From positions 42,449,314-42,487,610 of the forward strand of contig NC_068990.1 in the NCBI RefSeq assembly GCF_001194135.2: a DNA stretch of 38,297 nucleotides, given 5' to 3'. Shown here piece after piece: positions 22,996-34,869 of this stretch. This stretch comes from Octopus bimaculoides (Eukaryota). The position numbers and the translations under genes were made by a program. Under the pieces are notes generated by a model that saw only the letters and a list, made by a program, of their open reading frames with translations, did not search any database and was not told the origin of the DNA. Position 1 is the first letter of the stretch. Every line of letters starts with the position of its first letter.

Positions 22996-23874
22996 GCATA
23001 CATATACACATGCACAAACTAATATAAAAAGAAACATATATACATATATGGCCATTTCGTCATGTTGAACCGTTAATCCCTACACATTTTTTATATTTTT
23101 TTCGTTCTCTCTATTTTNNNNNNNNNNNNNNNNNNNNNNNNNNNNNNNNNNNNNNNNNNNNNNNNNNNNNNNNNNNNNNNNNNNNNNNNNNNNNNNNNNN
23201 NNNNNNNNNNNNNNNNNNNNNNNNNNNNNNNNNNNNNNNNNNNNNNNNNNNNNNNNNNNNNNNNNNNNNNNNNNNNNNNNNNNNNNNNNNNNNNNNNNNN
23301 NNNNNNNNNNNNNNNNNNNNNNNNNNNNNNNNNNNNNNNNNNNNNNNNNNNNNNNNNNNNNNNNNNNNNNNNNNNNNNNNNNNNNNNNNNNNNNNNNNNN
23401 NNNNNNNNNNNNNNNNNNNNNNNNNNNNNNNNNNNNNNNNNNNNNNNNNNNNNNNNNNNNTATATATATACATATATCTATCTATGCATATATATATATT
23501 CATATATATATATATATATATAGACAGACACACACACACACACACATACACACACACATACTCACACACATGTGCGTACCAGCACTCGCATACATGTAAA
23601 ACGCGCACACATTCAAGCATATAAATACAAGCAAATTGTGGCGCGTACGAGAGCAGACGACTGACGGCTCTCGAATAGAAATTCTAAACCGTAGACTTTT
23701 ACTGTTCTTCAATTGTTAGTGCCTTTGTACTCCTTGTTCCATTTTTTTTTTATACCTGAAATTCGTTGGAATTCGATATCTCTAATTTACAACATAATTA
23801 ACACTAAAGACCCTCAACGCCTGTTGTAATACTGCAAAAACAATAACAACAAAAACTACTACTACTACTACTAC

Positions 23875-23921
<47 letters not shown>

Positions 23922-24249
23922 TACTACACAGTGAGATATGGGTGTGGTATTGCCGTTATAAATATATCAAGAATGTTCATAGTTTTATGCTGAGAATGAC
24001 GGTAAAGACATACTAAAGACGTCATTGGATCAGCTTTGTAACCAGCAGCTGCAATAACCAAACTGACATATGTTTGATGATGTGTACATTTCAGACCGGT
24101 AGTACTATAATACATCACTTGAATCATGTGATGGATACGCATGTTTATGCGTGTGTTTGTGGATGTAAGTATGTATTTGTGTTTACGAACAAGTACGCAT
24201 ATGCTAATATTTTATTTATATATAATGTATGTATTCTTTTATCTTTTTT

Positions 24250-24558
24250 TTTTACTTGTTTCAGTCATTTGACTGCGGTCATGTTGAAGCACCGCCGTTA
24301 AGGGTCTTTCAGTCGAACAAATCGACCCCAGGACTTATTCTTTGTAAGCCTAGTACTTATTTTATCGGCGTCTTTTGCCGAACAGCTATGTTACGGGTAG
24401 GTAAACACACCAAAACCGGTTGCCAAGTGATGGTGGGGGGGGGGAGACAAATACAGACAGAAAGACACACACACACACATAAATATACACATATATATAT
24501 ACGACGGGCTTCTTTCAGTTTCCGTCTACCAAGTCCACTCACAAGGCTTTGATTGACT
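24250..24558 (-). mobile_element. Same SINE family, head lost in the gap
   Basis: Colinear with 22130-22440. Confidence 0.85.
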
Positions 24559-25124
24559 NNNNNNNNNNNNNNNNNNNNNNNNNNNNNNNNNNNNNNNNNN
24601 NNNNNNNNNNNNNNNNNNNNNNNNNNNNNNNNNNNNNNNNNNNNNNNNNNNNNNNNNNNNNNNNNNNNNNNNNNNNNNNNNNNNNNNNNNNNNNNNNNNN
24701 NNNNNNNNNNNNNNNNNNNNNNNNNNNNNNNNNNNNNNNNNNNNNNNNNNNNNNNNNNNNNNNNNNNNNNNNNNNNNNNNNNNNNNNNNNNNNNNNNNNN
24801 NNNNNNNNNNNNNNNNNNNNNNNNNNNNNNNNNNNNNNNNNNNNNNNNNNNNNNNNNNNNNNNNNNNNNNNNNNNNNNNNNNNNNNNNNNNNNNNNNNNN
24901 NNNNNNNNNNNNNNNNNNNNNNNNNNNNNNNNNNNNNNNNNNNNNNNNNNNNNNNNNNNNNNNNNNNNNNNNNNNNNNNNNNNNNNNNNNNNNNNNNNNN
25001 NNNNNNNNNNNNNNNNNNNNNNNNNNNNNNNNNNNNNNNNNNNNNNNNNNNNNNNNNNNNNNNNNNNNNNNNNNNNNNNNNNNNNNNNNNNNNNNNNNNA
25101 CTCATGCATATACACACAGATGAG

Positions 25125-25170
<46 letters not shown>

Positions 25171-25221
25171 TAGATATAGATATATAGATATATATATGTA
25201 TATATATGTATATGTGTGTGC

Positions 25222-25263
<42 letters not shown>

Positions 25264-25314
25264 TTGGAAATGGATGTGTAGCGTTCAATTGAATAATAAC
25301 ATAGATAATATATA

Positions 25315-25612
25315 TATGCATATATGGGTACAGGCCGTCACCAACAGCAAACAACGTGAAATACGAAAACAAATGAGTTAAATACGCAAATAACGACAGA
25401 AAAAAAGAACAAGTAATACAAAGAATGACCCCTCATAAGTTGTTGGCTGTCTATCTACTTCCCGGGGAGTAGATAGATAGCCGACAACTGATGAAGGGCC
25501 ATTCTTTGTATTACTTATCCATTTATTCTCTCGTTATTTGCGTATTTAACTCATTTGTTTTCGTATTTCACGTTGTTTGCTGTTGGTGACGTCCTGTACC
25601 CATATATGCATA
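25315..25612. repeat. 298-bp spacerless imperfect palindrome (149-bp arms)
   Basis: Centre CCC|GGG at 25463/25464. Manual alignment of the arms gives 12 mismatches and no indels. Confidence 0.95.
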
Positions 25613-25922
25613 AACGCATGTGTTAGAATGTGGGGTAGCTGATGAAGGAAAAATGTTCTCTAAGTGGCCTGTGTGTGTTCTGTACTCTGGTTATTATTAT
25701 TTTTTTGTCTATGTTTTGTTTGCAATGTCCTGTACCCAGATATGCACCTATATATACAGGTAGACGTAGGTATGCACATACCTGTACGTATATATGCATA
25801 TACTCATTTATTATTTGTNNNNNNNNNNNNNNNNNNNNNNNNNNNNNNNNNNNNNNNNNNNNNNNNNNNNNNNNNNNNNNNNNNNNNNNNNNNNNNNNNN
25901 NNNNNNNNNNNNNNNNNNNNNN

Positions 25923-25953
<31 letters not shown>

Positions 25954-26508
25954 TTACAAAGTAGCATATGCGCATTGTTATTCTTAACCATAGATATATA
26001 CTTACACGCACACATACTAACACTCATACCTACACACGCATATACATATATATATTCGCCTGCTTGCAAGTGACGTCTATAAGTGTTTGTTTGTTTGTGT
26101 GTGTGTACGCATGTGTGTGTGTGTGTGCGTGTGTGTGCATGTGTGTGCGCGCGCGCGTGTGAATATCAAAAGCTAAGGCACAATATAGTGGCAATCTTGT
26201 TCAATTGTCCAAGCGTACATGGTTCAACTGCTCAGGGGAAATCAGAAAGTCGCAACAAATACCGCGAAACATTCTATTGAACACTCTAATGAATTTATCA
26301 GTCTTTTTTTTTTAATCAAGAAAAAAAAGACAACTAAATTTTGAAATAAATTAAATAATACTCTTAAAATTAGATGATTATTTGAAAATAACAAATAACA
26401 AACATTCGTATTCTAGATCCTGCCAATATTCAGAAAAACTAGAAATCAAATGGATTATGAAAAACTGGTGTATTGATAGAAATAATATATATAGATTACA
26501 TTACCTGA

Positions 26509-26608
26509 AGGCTATAGCCTGGTGATTAGAATGTTGAGTTACGAGCATAAGGTTGTGTCTGGACTGAGCAATGTGTTGTGTCCCTGAGCAAGCAACTCCA
26601 GTTTATGT
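26509..26608 (+). mobile_element. Diverged tRNA-derived SINE head (family of 9690-9873)
   Basis: TAGCCTGGTGATTAGAATGTTG...GTGTTGTGTCCCTGAGCAAGCAAC. Confidence 0.55.
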
Positions 26609-27547
26609 CAACTCAGCGGAGCTCTCTCTCTCTCCTATCTATCTCTCTTCCTCTCTCTCACTCATTCACTTACTCTTCAGCTGATATATCCAGGATGTTC
26701 TGCCAAGTGAAAGGCTTGGCGTTCCGAGAATGTGTCTGTCTGCTCGCAAACAATATTGGGCACGCGAAACAATTAGTGAAAGCATAGTACATACTAACAA
26801 ATCATCCTCGATTACTAGTGGCGTTTGTAGTTTAGTTCAGATTACATTCCGAATTTATCGCTAAGTAAAATTACTTAATAAAAGCATAATCAATAATAGA
26901 TGAAAAAATATCGAGAATAATCAATAGATAAACTATCAAACTTTAATCTACCATTATCTCAAGCAGATTTATCATCTTATAAAATTTATCAGTTATTGAA
27001 CAATACAAATAAACAAAGATTTTGTTGGCAACATACAAGTCATATATCTCTAAATTATATGTTATCACGAACAGGTCATATGGAATCACCTTTATGTTCT
27101 TGTGGAGACTATTGAGAAACTTTATGGCATTATATATATTTCAAAATAAAAATTATCTGATTGACAATGATAAAATATTAAAGTCCGTTTTCAAAAGATT
27201 ATCAATATTAAAGATACAATACATTTTCAAAGATATATCAAGCATTAATAAGATCTTTGAATTCATAGACGCAACCAAAATACTTAACAAGAAGAGCATT
27301 TAAATGTTTTGATTAAATTATATTAGTAGAGTATGAATTTATCTTAGGCACATTTAAATTAAATTAATAAATATAAGGATGTAGAATGATTTCTGTGACT
27401 TGTGTAACTCATGATACTATGCAAAATGTCAAGATACATCATTGTTGAGGTGGGATGTTCTCAGTCAACCCTCCGCGGGAGAGAAAAAAGTGTATTATTT
27501 GATATGTAAGATAGTTACTAAGAAGTTAATTCAAATTTATAATCAGA

Positions 27548-27917
27548 CTAGCGAACAGCCCCTGTCCACTTGACAGTGTAAGTTCGTGATAGGACTGGAG
27601 TTCCTATCTGTTTCTGTCTATGCTGTTTTGTCTGTGATGCTCTGGTGACTGCAGTAGAAGCAGCATTGCGAGCACCCCGAAGTTTTGCTTGTTGAGCTAT
27701 CTGTGATGATCTGGCGATCGAATTCGAGGTAGCATTGCGAGCATGCCGGAGTTCTGCTTGTTTAGCTGTGTGTGGTGCTCTGGCGGTTGAAGCAGAAGCA
27801 ACATTGCGAGCACGCCGAAGCATTCGTTGTTCTTCTGTCTCGCTTGCCCACAAGGAACGCAAAACGGAAGCATTTGTTTTGTTTTCTGCTAATGTGACTC
27901 TTGCTTTTACGAGGAAT
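27548..27917 (-). pseudogene. Helitron RepHel N-terminus remnant with three 23-aa STPR-like repeats
   Basis: xPRKSKSHISRK, then a frameshift, then TNASVLRSLWA-SETEEQRMLRRARNVASASTARA-PHTAKQAELRHARNATSNSIARS-SQIAQQAKLRGARNAASTAVTRA (repeats at 27844-27638). Confidence 0.65.
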
Positions 27918-29305
27918 CCTATCGAAAATCTGTAATTGAATGAATCTTTAAAAAAATCGATTAAATTTACCTCGTTGCTGTTTGCAAGCACTAAATATGG
28001 TATTTCAACACAAAAAATTCCCACAACGCTAAAGCGTACAATTATTTGCAATGTTATTGTAAGCACCAAATGGGACATGGATGCAGACAGTTGTGAATGA
28101 GCATTCACATCTATAAACACATGTGGACAGAACGTATTTCGAGAAAATCGATATTCCATCGACCAAAATTCAGTTGTGATAAAATGTAAACGATCGATAG
28201 AAACACCAGTGCACTGACAGGTAGCAGAAAGTAAAGGGTATTTCTAAGAAATATCACACTTAAGTTTCTAGGACTTCTTTGAAAATGAAAGACAACCAAA
28301 ATCAAGTTTCCTTTGGGAAAAAAAGGATGTTAGCATTAAAATTACCTTATATTAATTCGGAAGTAATGAAATATCTTTATAAATAAAGTTATTTAAGCCC
28401 ACGTAATCCGGAAACTTCAAATGGGATATAGAGTTCAGCAATATGCGCTGTTGACCGATAAAGTAGCACACTTTGTGGATGAATAAGGTACCAGAACCGA
28501 CCGAATAGTGCTTTTTTTAGAATGTAACCGATGAATTTGATCTGTAAAATTCGTAAAGATGATAAGAATTTGCCAAAATATCGTTCAATTATGCTTACTG
28601 ATAAAAAATAACTCATAATTTGAAATGTTGATACTAATATGCCTTCTTCATGAAATAGAATTAAAAAATAAACAGTGGGCATGTGCGTGTCAAATCAAGT
28701 AAGTTACGCAGAAGTCGAAAAATACCACTCATTTTTTTGGTTTTATACAAGAAATTGTTAGCTAAAGTTTTAGATATTTGTCACCAAAATTTCCACGTTC
28801 AATTACCAATCAATTTCTCGTTTTCTACTGTCAACTGAATTTTGTTGTGAGAAAATATTCACACACTTGATTGGTCGTCAATTAGTGCCATTTAATCGTT
28901 AAAGTNNNNNNNNNNNNNNNNNNNNNNNNNNNNNNNNNNNNNNNNNNNNNNNNNNNNNNNNNNNNNNNNNNNNNNNNNNNNNNNNNNNNNNNNNNNNNNN
29001 NNNNNNNNNNNNNNNNNNNNNNNNNNNNNNNNNNNNNNNNNNNNNNNNNNNNNNNNNNNNNNNNNNNNNNNNNNNNNNNNNNNNNNNNNNNNNNNNNNNN
29101 NNNNNNNNNNNNNNNNNNNNNNNNNNNNNNNNNNNNNNNNNNNNNNNNNNNNNNNNNNNNNNNNNNNNNNNNNNNNNNNNNNNNNNNNNNNNNNNNNNNN
29201 NNNNNNNNNNNNNNNNNNNNNNNNNNNNNNNNNNNNNNNNNNNNNNNNNNNNNNNNNNNNNNNNNNNNNNNNNNNNNNNNNNNNNNNNNNNNNNNNNNNT
29301 ATAGA
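27548..29305 (-). mobile_element. Non-autonomous Helitron (internal deletion)
   Basis: 3' CTAG|T at 27551-27548, with a hairpin (CACTGTC-AAGTG-GACAGGG, 27578-27560) 8 nt upstream. Candidate 5' A|TCTAT at 29305, beside the gap. RepHel-like N-terminal remnant inside. The 5' end is less certain. Confidence 0.7.
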
Positions 29306-29351
29306 TTAAAAGTGAAATACATAAAACAAAACGAAATTGTTGAAAATAGAT

Positions 29352-30837
29352 ACAGACATATTATTACATAAATTAGGTTTTCCGATGCACAAGTGAAGTT
29401 TTTTTTCTGATGATGAAATGATGGCCTTGTTCTAATGTGTATTCCGAACATTCTACTAAGATGGTACAAATCCCGCAGTTTGGCCTTCCACACTTTTTGA
29501 CTGTTGGTTTTGTGGTTATTATTGGGTGCACTTTAGCCTGTGTTACAATCTTCTTTAAGGATTTTGGCTGTCGTTTGCTTTTTATGATGGTGTGTGTTTG
29601 GAGGATTTGATTCATCCTTGGGTCTCCCTTGAGTAGGGCTGTGTTTTGGAGTATGGTATTGTTAAGTGGGTTGTGTAGAGATGTAGGGTAGGGTTTTTGA
29701 TTTTTCATCCCCTTTTGGTTTTGGTTGTCTCAGGTCTTCTATATTCAGTTTAAGTGTTCGTTGGATTGCTTTGTCTATTAGGGGTTGTGGATAATTCCTA
29801 TTGTTTAGTGTAGGTCTGAGTTCCTGGAGACGTGTGTGTCGGGTGTTTGTGTCTGATACTATGGTGCAAATCCTTTTGGCTAAACAGAAAGGGATGTTCA
29901 TTCTCGTGTGCCTAGGGTAGCATGAGTCAAATGGTAGGTACTGCTTAGAGTCTGTCGGTTTATAATAGATATCCGTCTCTATTTTGTTGCTGACTTTCTT
30001 AATGAGGATATCTAAAAATGGTAGTTTTACCTGGTTATATTCCATCGTGAATTTGATGTTTTCATTTATTCCATTTAGTATCATTTTAAATTCCTCAAGT
30101 TTTTCTTTGCTTTCCTCTCAGAGGATGAAGCAGTCGTCCAGATATCTTTTCCAGTTGTTCTGGATATAGTTGGAGAAAGAGTTCCCATATTTTTCGAGTG
30201 TTTTCTTGTAAAGAATTATTTCGATGTAACCCATTACTAGGTTAGCGAAAGGTGCAGTACGCGTACCCATGGCTGTTCCCGATTTTTGTCTATAATAATT
30301 ATTATTAAATATGAAGTAATTGTTTTGTAATATAAATCTTAGTCCTTCTATAACAAGTTCTTTATTTAAGCGAGTTGGTAGTTCAAAGGAGTAGTTGTTT
30401 AGCCAGAAAGTGATCGCTTCTATTCCTAAGGTGTGGGGGATGTTTGAATAAAGGTTAACTACGTCGAAGGATATTAGCAGGGCTTTCTCATTGACTGTTT
30501 TTGGGAGGTGGTTAAGCATATCTAGATCGTCTCTTATGTAGATTTTAATGTGCTTGAGGAAAGGTTTTAGAAGTGTGTCTAAGAAGTTGCTGAGGCGGTG
30601 AGTTTCACATGCTGGGCCTGCTATTATCGGTCTAAGTTTTAGATCTTTCGGTGAGGGGATTTTGATGATTACGTCAGTAGCTTTTTTACATGCTTCACTA
30701 ATTACTTTGCTTTTGTGGACTTTAGGGATACCGTAGAATAAACTTGACTTGCACTTGAAGTTGGTGATGTAATCGTACTCCTTGTCTGTGAGTCCACCAT
30801 AGATTAACAGCCTATATGAGTGTGCACTACAGGCTCG
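29352..30837 (-). pseudogene. Penelope-like RT, thumb and start of GIY-YIG; few lesions
   Basis: Open frame 30837-30121: FYGIPKVHKS...LRPIIAGP...SFDVVNLYSNIPH...GTAMGT...RYLDDCFIL, then an in-frame TGA (likely from TGG), then KFTMEY...LPFLDILI...YYKPTDSKQYLPFDSCYP. Frameshifts near 29680 and 29400; ends at FTCASENLIYVIIC. Confidence 0.92.
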
Positions 30838-30956
30838 TTAATCGTACGATTCAAAGTAAGTGATTTGCAGAAATTCTATTAAATGAATAAATAAATAAAT
30901 AAATAAATAAATAAATGTACACAGGTCAAAGACAGTTTTATTCCTAAGGTACCGAA

Positions 30957-31045
30957 ACAAGAAGAAGAAGAAGAAGAAGAAGAAGAAGAAGAAGAAGAAG
31001 AAGAAGAAGAAGAAGAAGAAGAAGAAGAAGAAGAAGAAGAAGAAG

Positions 31046-31089
<44 letters not shown>

Positions 31090-31156
31090 CGACGACGACG
31101 ACGACGACGACAAAAATAACACCAGCAACAGCAGCAGCTGTAGCAGCAGCAGCAAC
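30957..31156 (+). repeat. Compound (GAA)n/(CAA)n/(CGA)n/(CAG)n microsatellite
   Basis: Direct reading. Confidence 0.95.
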
Positions 31157-31772
31157 AGGAATAAAAGATCAACACTAACCAGTTTGCTGAAAAATGCAGT
31201 ACATAAATATCTACCCATATCTCTCATTCTCTGTCCATCTCTACCTCTCCCTCTCTTTCTTTCTCTCCGTTATGCGCGCACGCACACACATATAATGTTG
31301 TCCGTGTTATTTGTGTTATCTGGCTCTAGTCAGAATCGCTTTGGAGATTTTGTTTAGAGCCTCTGTACTGTCACTAATTGGCCATTACCACCATTGCCAC
31401 CACCTTCTTCCACATCGAACTATGTTTCCGAGTTAGAATACGCAATTTTTTTAAAATGAAAACAAAGCAGTGAAGTAGATTAGAGGTTGAAAATGATTTG
31501 TGTTGAGCCCTTTCAAACACTCTTCCGAGTATTTCAGAATTGGTGAAGGAAAAACAACCTCAGGTTTCTCATTAGAATAAAATATTATTCTATTGGATTT
31601 TTTTTTTAACTATACTTTAGTTAATTTAGGTTTAAGTACTCTGATATGAATAGTTAAAAATGACTGTACTCTATTTCAAGATTTTGAATCCATCAAAATT
31701 TCATATTGTTATTCAATTTGTAAAATTCATCCATAAAAATAATCCAAATAAAGGTATATGTACTAATGTCGG

Positions 31773-31937
31773 TGTTATATCTCAAGCTACTGCTATCTAG
31801 CACCTTCGGATGATTTCTACTCAACCGCTACACAACTGCTACTTGACTGCTACTCAACACTCCTATCAAGGCCAGACTACCTCTATTTATATGTCTTGGG
31901 AGATCCTACTTCTTCGCCTGGGGGCGTCGACATAACA
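31773..31937 (-). mobile_element. Short solo LTR (165 bp) with 5-bp TSD GTCGG
   Basis: Termini TGTTAT...ATAACA; GTCGG at 31768-72 and 31938-42; TATAAATA on the minus strand. Confidence 0.75.
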
Positions 31938-32039
31938 GTCGGGCAATAAAAGATTTTCAATTTTATATGATTAGATATTCATAATAATCTTAAGAGTGTT
32001 TGATTTTACTTTAGGTCGGATAGTCTTAGAAAGGAGGAA

Positions 32040-33185
32040 TGATATTCTGACATATGGTGAAACAGGTGCATAGGATCAAAAATGTTGAGAACCACTGCCT
32101 TAGAAGAAATGAATGAAAAGAAGGTTAAAGTGAACGACATTATTGTTTTGGGTTTGAAAGAAAACAACTCAAGGATTAAGAAGGAAAAAGCTGGATATGA
32201 TAGATCCAAAATTTTGGAGGTAATGGAAATTTACGGAGTAACAATCTTTCAGGCCCAGCACTAAACCTTGCGCCTTGTCCTTTTGTCCCAGAACGTTGAT
32301 TCATTGCAATTCCCTCCCTACTCGTATCTTACCCGCAAATAGTGACCTACTGTTGTGTCGACGCCCCCAAGCGAAGAAGTAGGATCGCCCAAGACATATA
32401 AATAGAGGTAGTCTGACCGTGGTAGAGATTCGAGTGACTGTTGAGTAGCAGTCGAGTAGAGATCATCCGAAGGTGCTAGATAGCAGTAGCTTGAGACAAA
32501 ACACCTACAAAGATTCACAAGGAATATTATAGGCACCAATGTCCCCGGTCTAGAGAGGGCCACAAAAATCTTCCTTAATGTCCAGAAAAACTAGATATAA
32601 AACTAGAGGTGTTTTAAAACAGATGCAAGAACATTGCACGAGTTGAAGGCGTATAAACAGAAAATGATCTCACCATGAACACAGAGAGAAAATGAAATAG
32701 GGTTAACAGAGAAAAAACAAGAACCTTAACACAATTAAGAAAACAAATATTCAAAATGTGATGGTCACCATGAGTGAGAATAGCAGAGAAGATGAAGGCG
32801 ACAGTGGTTGATAAGAGAAAACTGCAAATAGAGTGTATAAAAAGTGTAAATAAATTGTATTTTATGTTTATATGCAAATGTTGATCATTTATAAATAGTA
32901 AATGAATAAAAGATAAATGAGTTGAACATAAGAGTTGCAAATTCTAAGTCAGACATCATTCGCATCATTGAAATTAAAGTCAGGAACATAAGAGTTGGAC
33001 TGATTAGAGCTGAATTTTCTGTAAATGAAGTAAAAAAGAAATAAAGTAGTTTCCGCGAATTATGAGAAGGAATAAAGGAAGACGATTGCTGTTATACATA
33101 AAAAGTAGGTTGACAGCATCAGAGGTGGATATGAACATGAGTTTTGAAGAGAGCTCACTCGTAAAAATTAAACTGTCAAGTGAAA
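32040..33185 (+). pseudogene. Highly decayed CR1/L2-like LINE 5' part (ORF1 remnant and APE endonuclease start)
   Basis: EEMNEKKVKVNDIIVLGLKE (ORF1-like); LYANVDHL...KINELNIRVANSKSDIIRIIEIK and GRRLLLYIKSRL...FEESSLVKIKL resemble the APE N-terminus. Interrupted by an LTR. Confidence 0.55.
32351..32503 (+). mobile_element. Short solo LTR (153 bp) with 5-bp TSD CCTAC
   Basis: Termini TGTTG...AAACA; CCTAC at 32346-50 and 32504-08; homologous to 31773-31937 in opposite orientation. Confidence 0.75.
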
Positions 33186-33257
33186 CCTAAATAGGATAGA
33201 CAGAACTTTCCAGGAACTAAGTACTAGTCTACTTTATACAGCATTCTAACACACGTG

Positions 33258-33272
33258 CTCTCTCTCTCTCTT

Positions 33273-33341
<69 letters not shown>

Positions 33342-33380
33342 TTAGCTCACTCTATCTCCCTCTCTTTCTATCTCTCCTTT
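33258..33380 (+). repeat. (CT)n microsatellite
   Basis: Direct reading. Confidence 0.9.
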
Positions 33381-33689
33381 TCCCCCGCACTTGCATGCAT
33401 ACATACATACATACATACATATATACACATATATATATTTACATACATATATACGTACATTCTTACTGTTGAAAGTGCACACACACATGCTAAATGAATA
33501 GACGCATACCTACCATAGAAAAATACGATTAATAATGCTCTTCAACAGTAATTCCATAACTATCAGCCTTCATAAAGAACTGATAATTCTTCTGATCAAA
33601 TTTATTCAAGATCGTAATGATATTTGTTTCAAACTTGAGACGAATATCACCACGCAATGATTTTCTACAAACTGAATCTCATTCGCAGC

Positions 33690-34330
33690 TGTGTTATGAA
33701 AAGACTTCAGGGTGATAGCAACATAGACAACCAGCATAGACATCCAACTTACTTTATCTTAGACCAACAACTAATAAATCAACTCCCACTTTGAAGGATA
33801 CACCTTTGCAACACACAAATAATAAATAAGAACAAAAGGGATAGAGATGATGATAAAACATCTAAAAGCGACAACCTGTGCAAACTCCTTGGAATTAATC
33901 CCGAAGATGCCGCCCATATCTTAAGCGGGAACTAATGAATGTTATCGCGATACTATCTGCTATTGAGATATGAAGAATTAGTTAAAATTCTGTACAATAC
34001 AAGCTTTAGAAACTATAATCCTTAGGTCAAAATATAAGATGTTATAGTGATATGGCAGCTATACTCAGTCATATGAAAATTCTGGTCGAATGCAATAAAC
34101 TCGATTTACTAAGACCATACATGTTCATTAATAACTGAGAAAGGGATGTTTACTCAACAGTAACAAAAATATATTATCCGGCAGATATCATGACAAAATG
34201 CAAAGAAAACATTTCATATTAATGTAGTCCCCTCAGTTACTACTCTTTAGGTACTTTTGATTATTGGAGAACATGCTATGTAACCGACTGTGCACCAGCC
34301 TTAACAAGGTGCGTTTCAGCGTTTCACAAA
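33690..34330 (+). pseudogene. Decayed RLE-type non-LTR retrotransposon C-terminus (R4/NeSL-like, distinct subfamily)
   Basis: SHFEGYTFA; DNLCKLLGINPEDAAHILSG (eroded CCHC); LSRYYLLLRYEELVKILY; CNKLDL; YPADI. Boundaries are approximate. Confidence 0.6.
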
Positions 34331-34439
34331 ACCAGAAATGATACGGCTAATAAATAAATTATAATTATGAGCCATTAATGAAATTTTGAAAATAGGTACA
34401 ATATTCAAGAAAGTTAAACTGTAGTAGATACACACACAA

Positions 34440-34585
34440 GGCCTGCAAGTTCGGGAGCTAGGGTAAATCGATTACCAGAACCTCAGTACTCAAATGGTAC
34501 TTTATTTTATCAACCCCGAATGAATGAAAGGCAAAGTCGATCATGACGGAATTTGAACTCAGAATGTAAAGACGGACAAAATGCA
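34440..34585 (-). mobile_element. SINE (family of 9084-9290), 5'-eroded
   Basis: TTTTATCAACCCCGAATGAATGAAAGGCAAAGTCGA...GAATTTGAACTCAGAA is the reverse complement of the family core. Confidence 0.75.
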
Positions 34586-34640
34586 CATACATGATAACAA
34601 ACACGTATAGTTATATATATATGGTTATATTGGTTTATAT

Positions 34641-34834
34641 GTTTCAGTCATTTGACTGCGGTCACGCTGCGGCCTTCAGTCGAACAAATCGACCTCAGGA
34701 CTTATTATGTGTAAGCCTAGTACTTATTCTGTCGGTCTCTTATGCCGAACCACTAATTTATGGAAACGTAAACACACCAGAATCGGTTGTCAAGTGATGT
34801 TGAGGTGGAGGGGGACAAACACAGACACACAAAC

Positions 34835-34869
<35 letters not shown>

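Noticed and set aside
25488-25510. CTGATGA as a complete hammerhead
   Set aside because: No stem II plus GAAA follows, so it cannot fold as a ribozyme here.
25639-25660. CTGATGA-AG-GAAA as a hammerhead
   Set aside because: Only 2 nt separate the core halves, so stem II is impossible, and there is no stem I partner.
31767-32509. Single DNA transposon with ~170-bp TIRs
   Set aside because: Each arm has its own 5-bp TSD and TG...CA ends, indicating two independent insertions.
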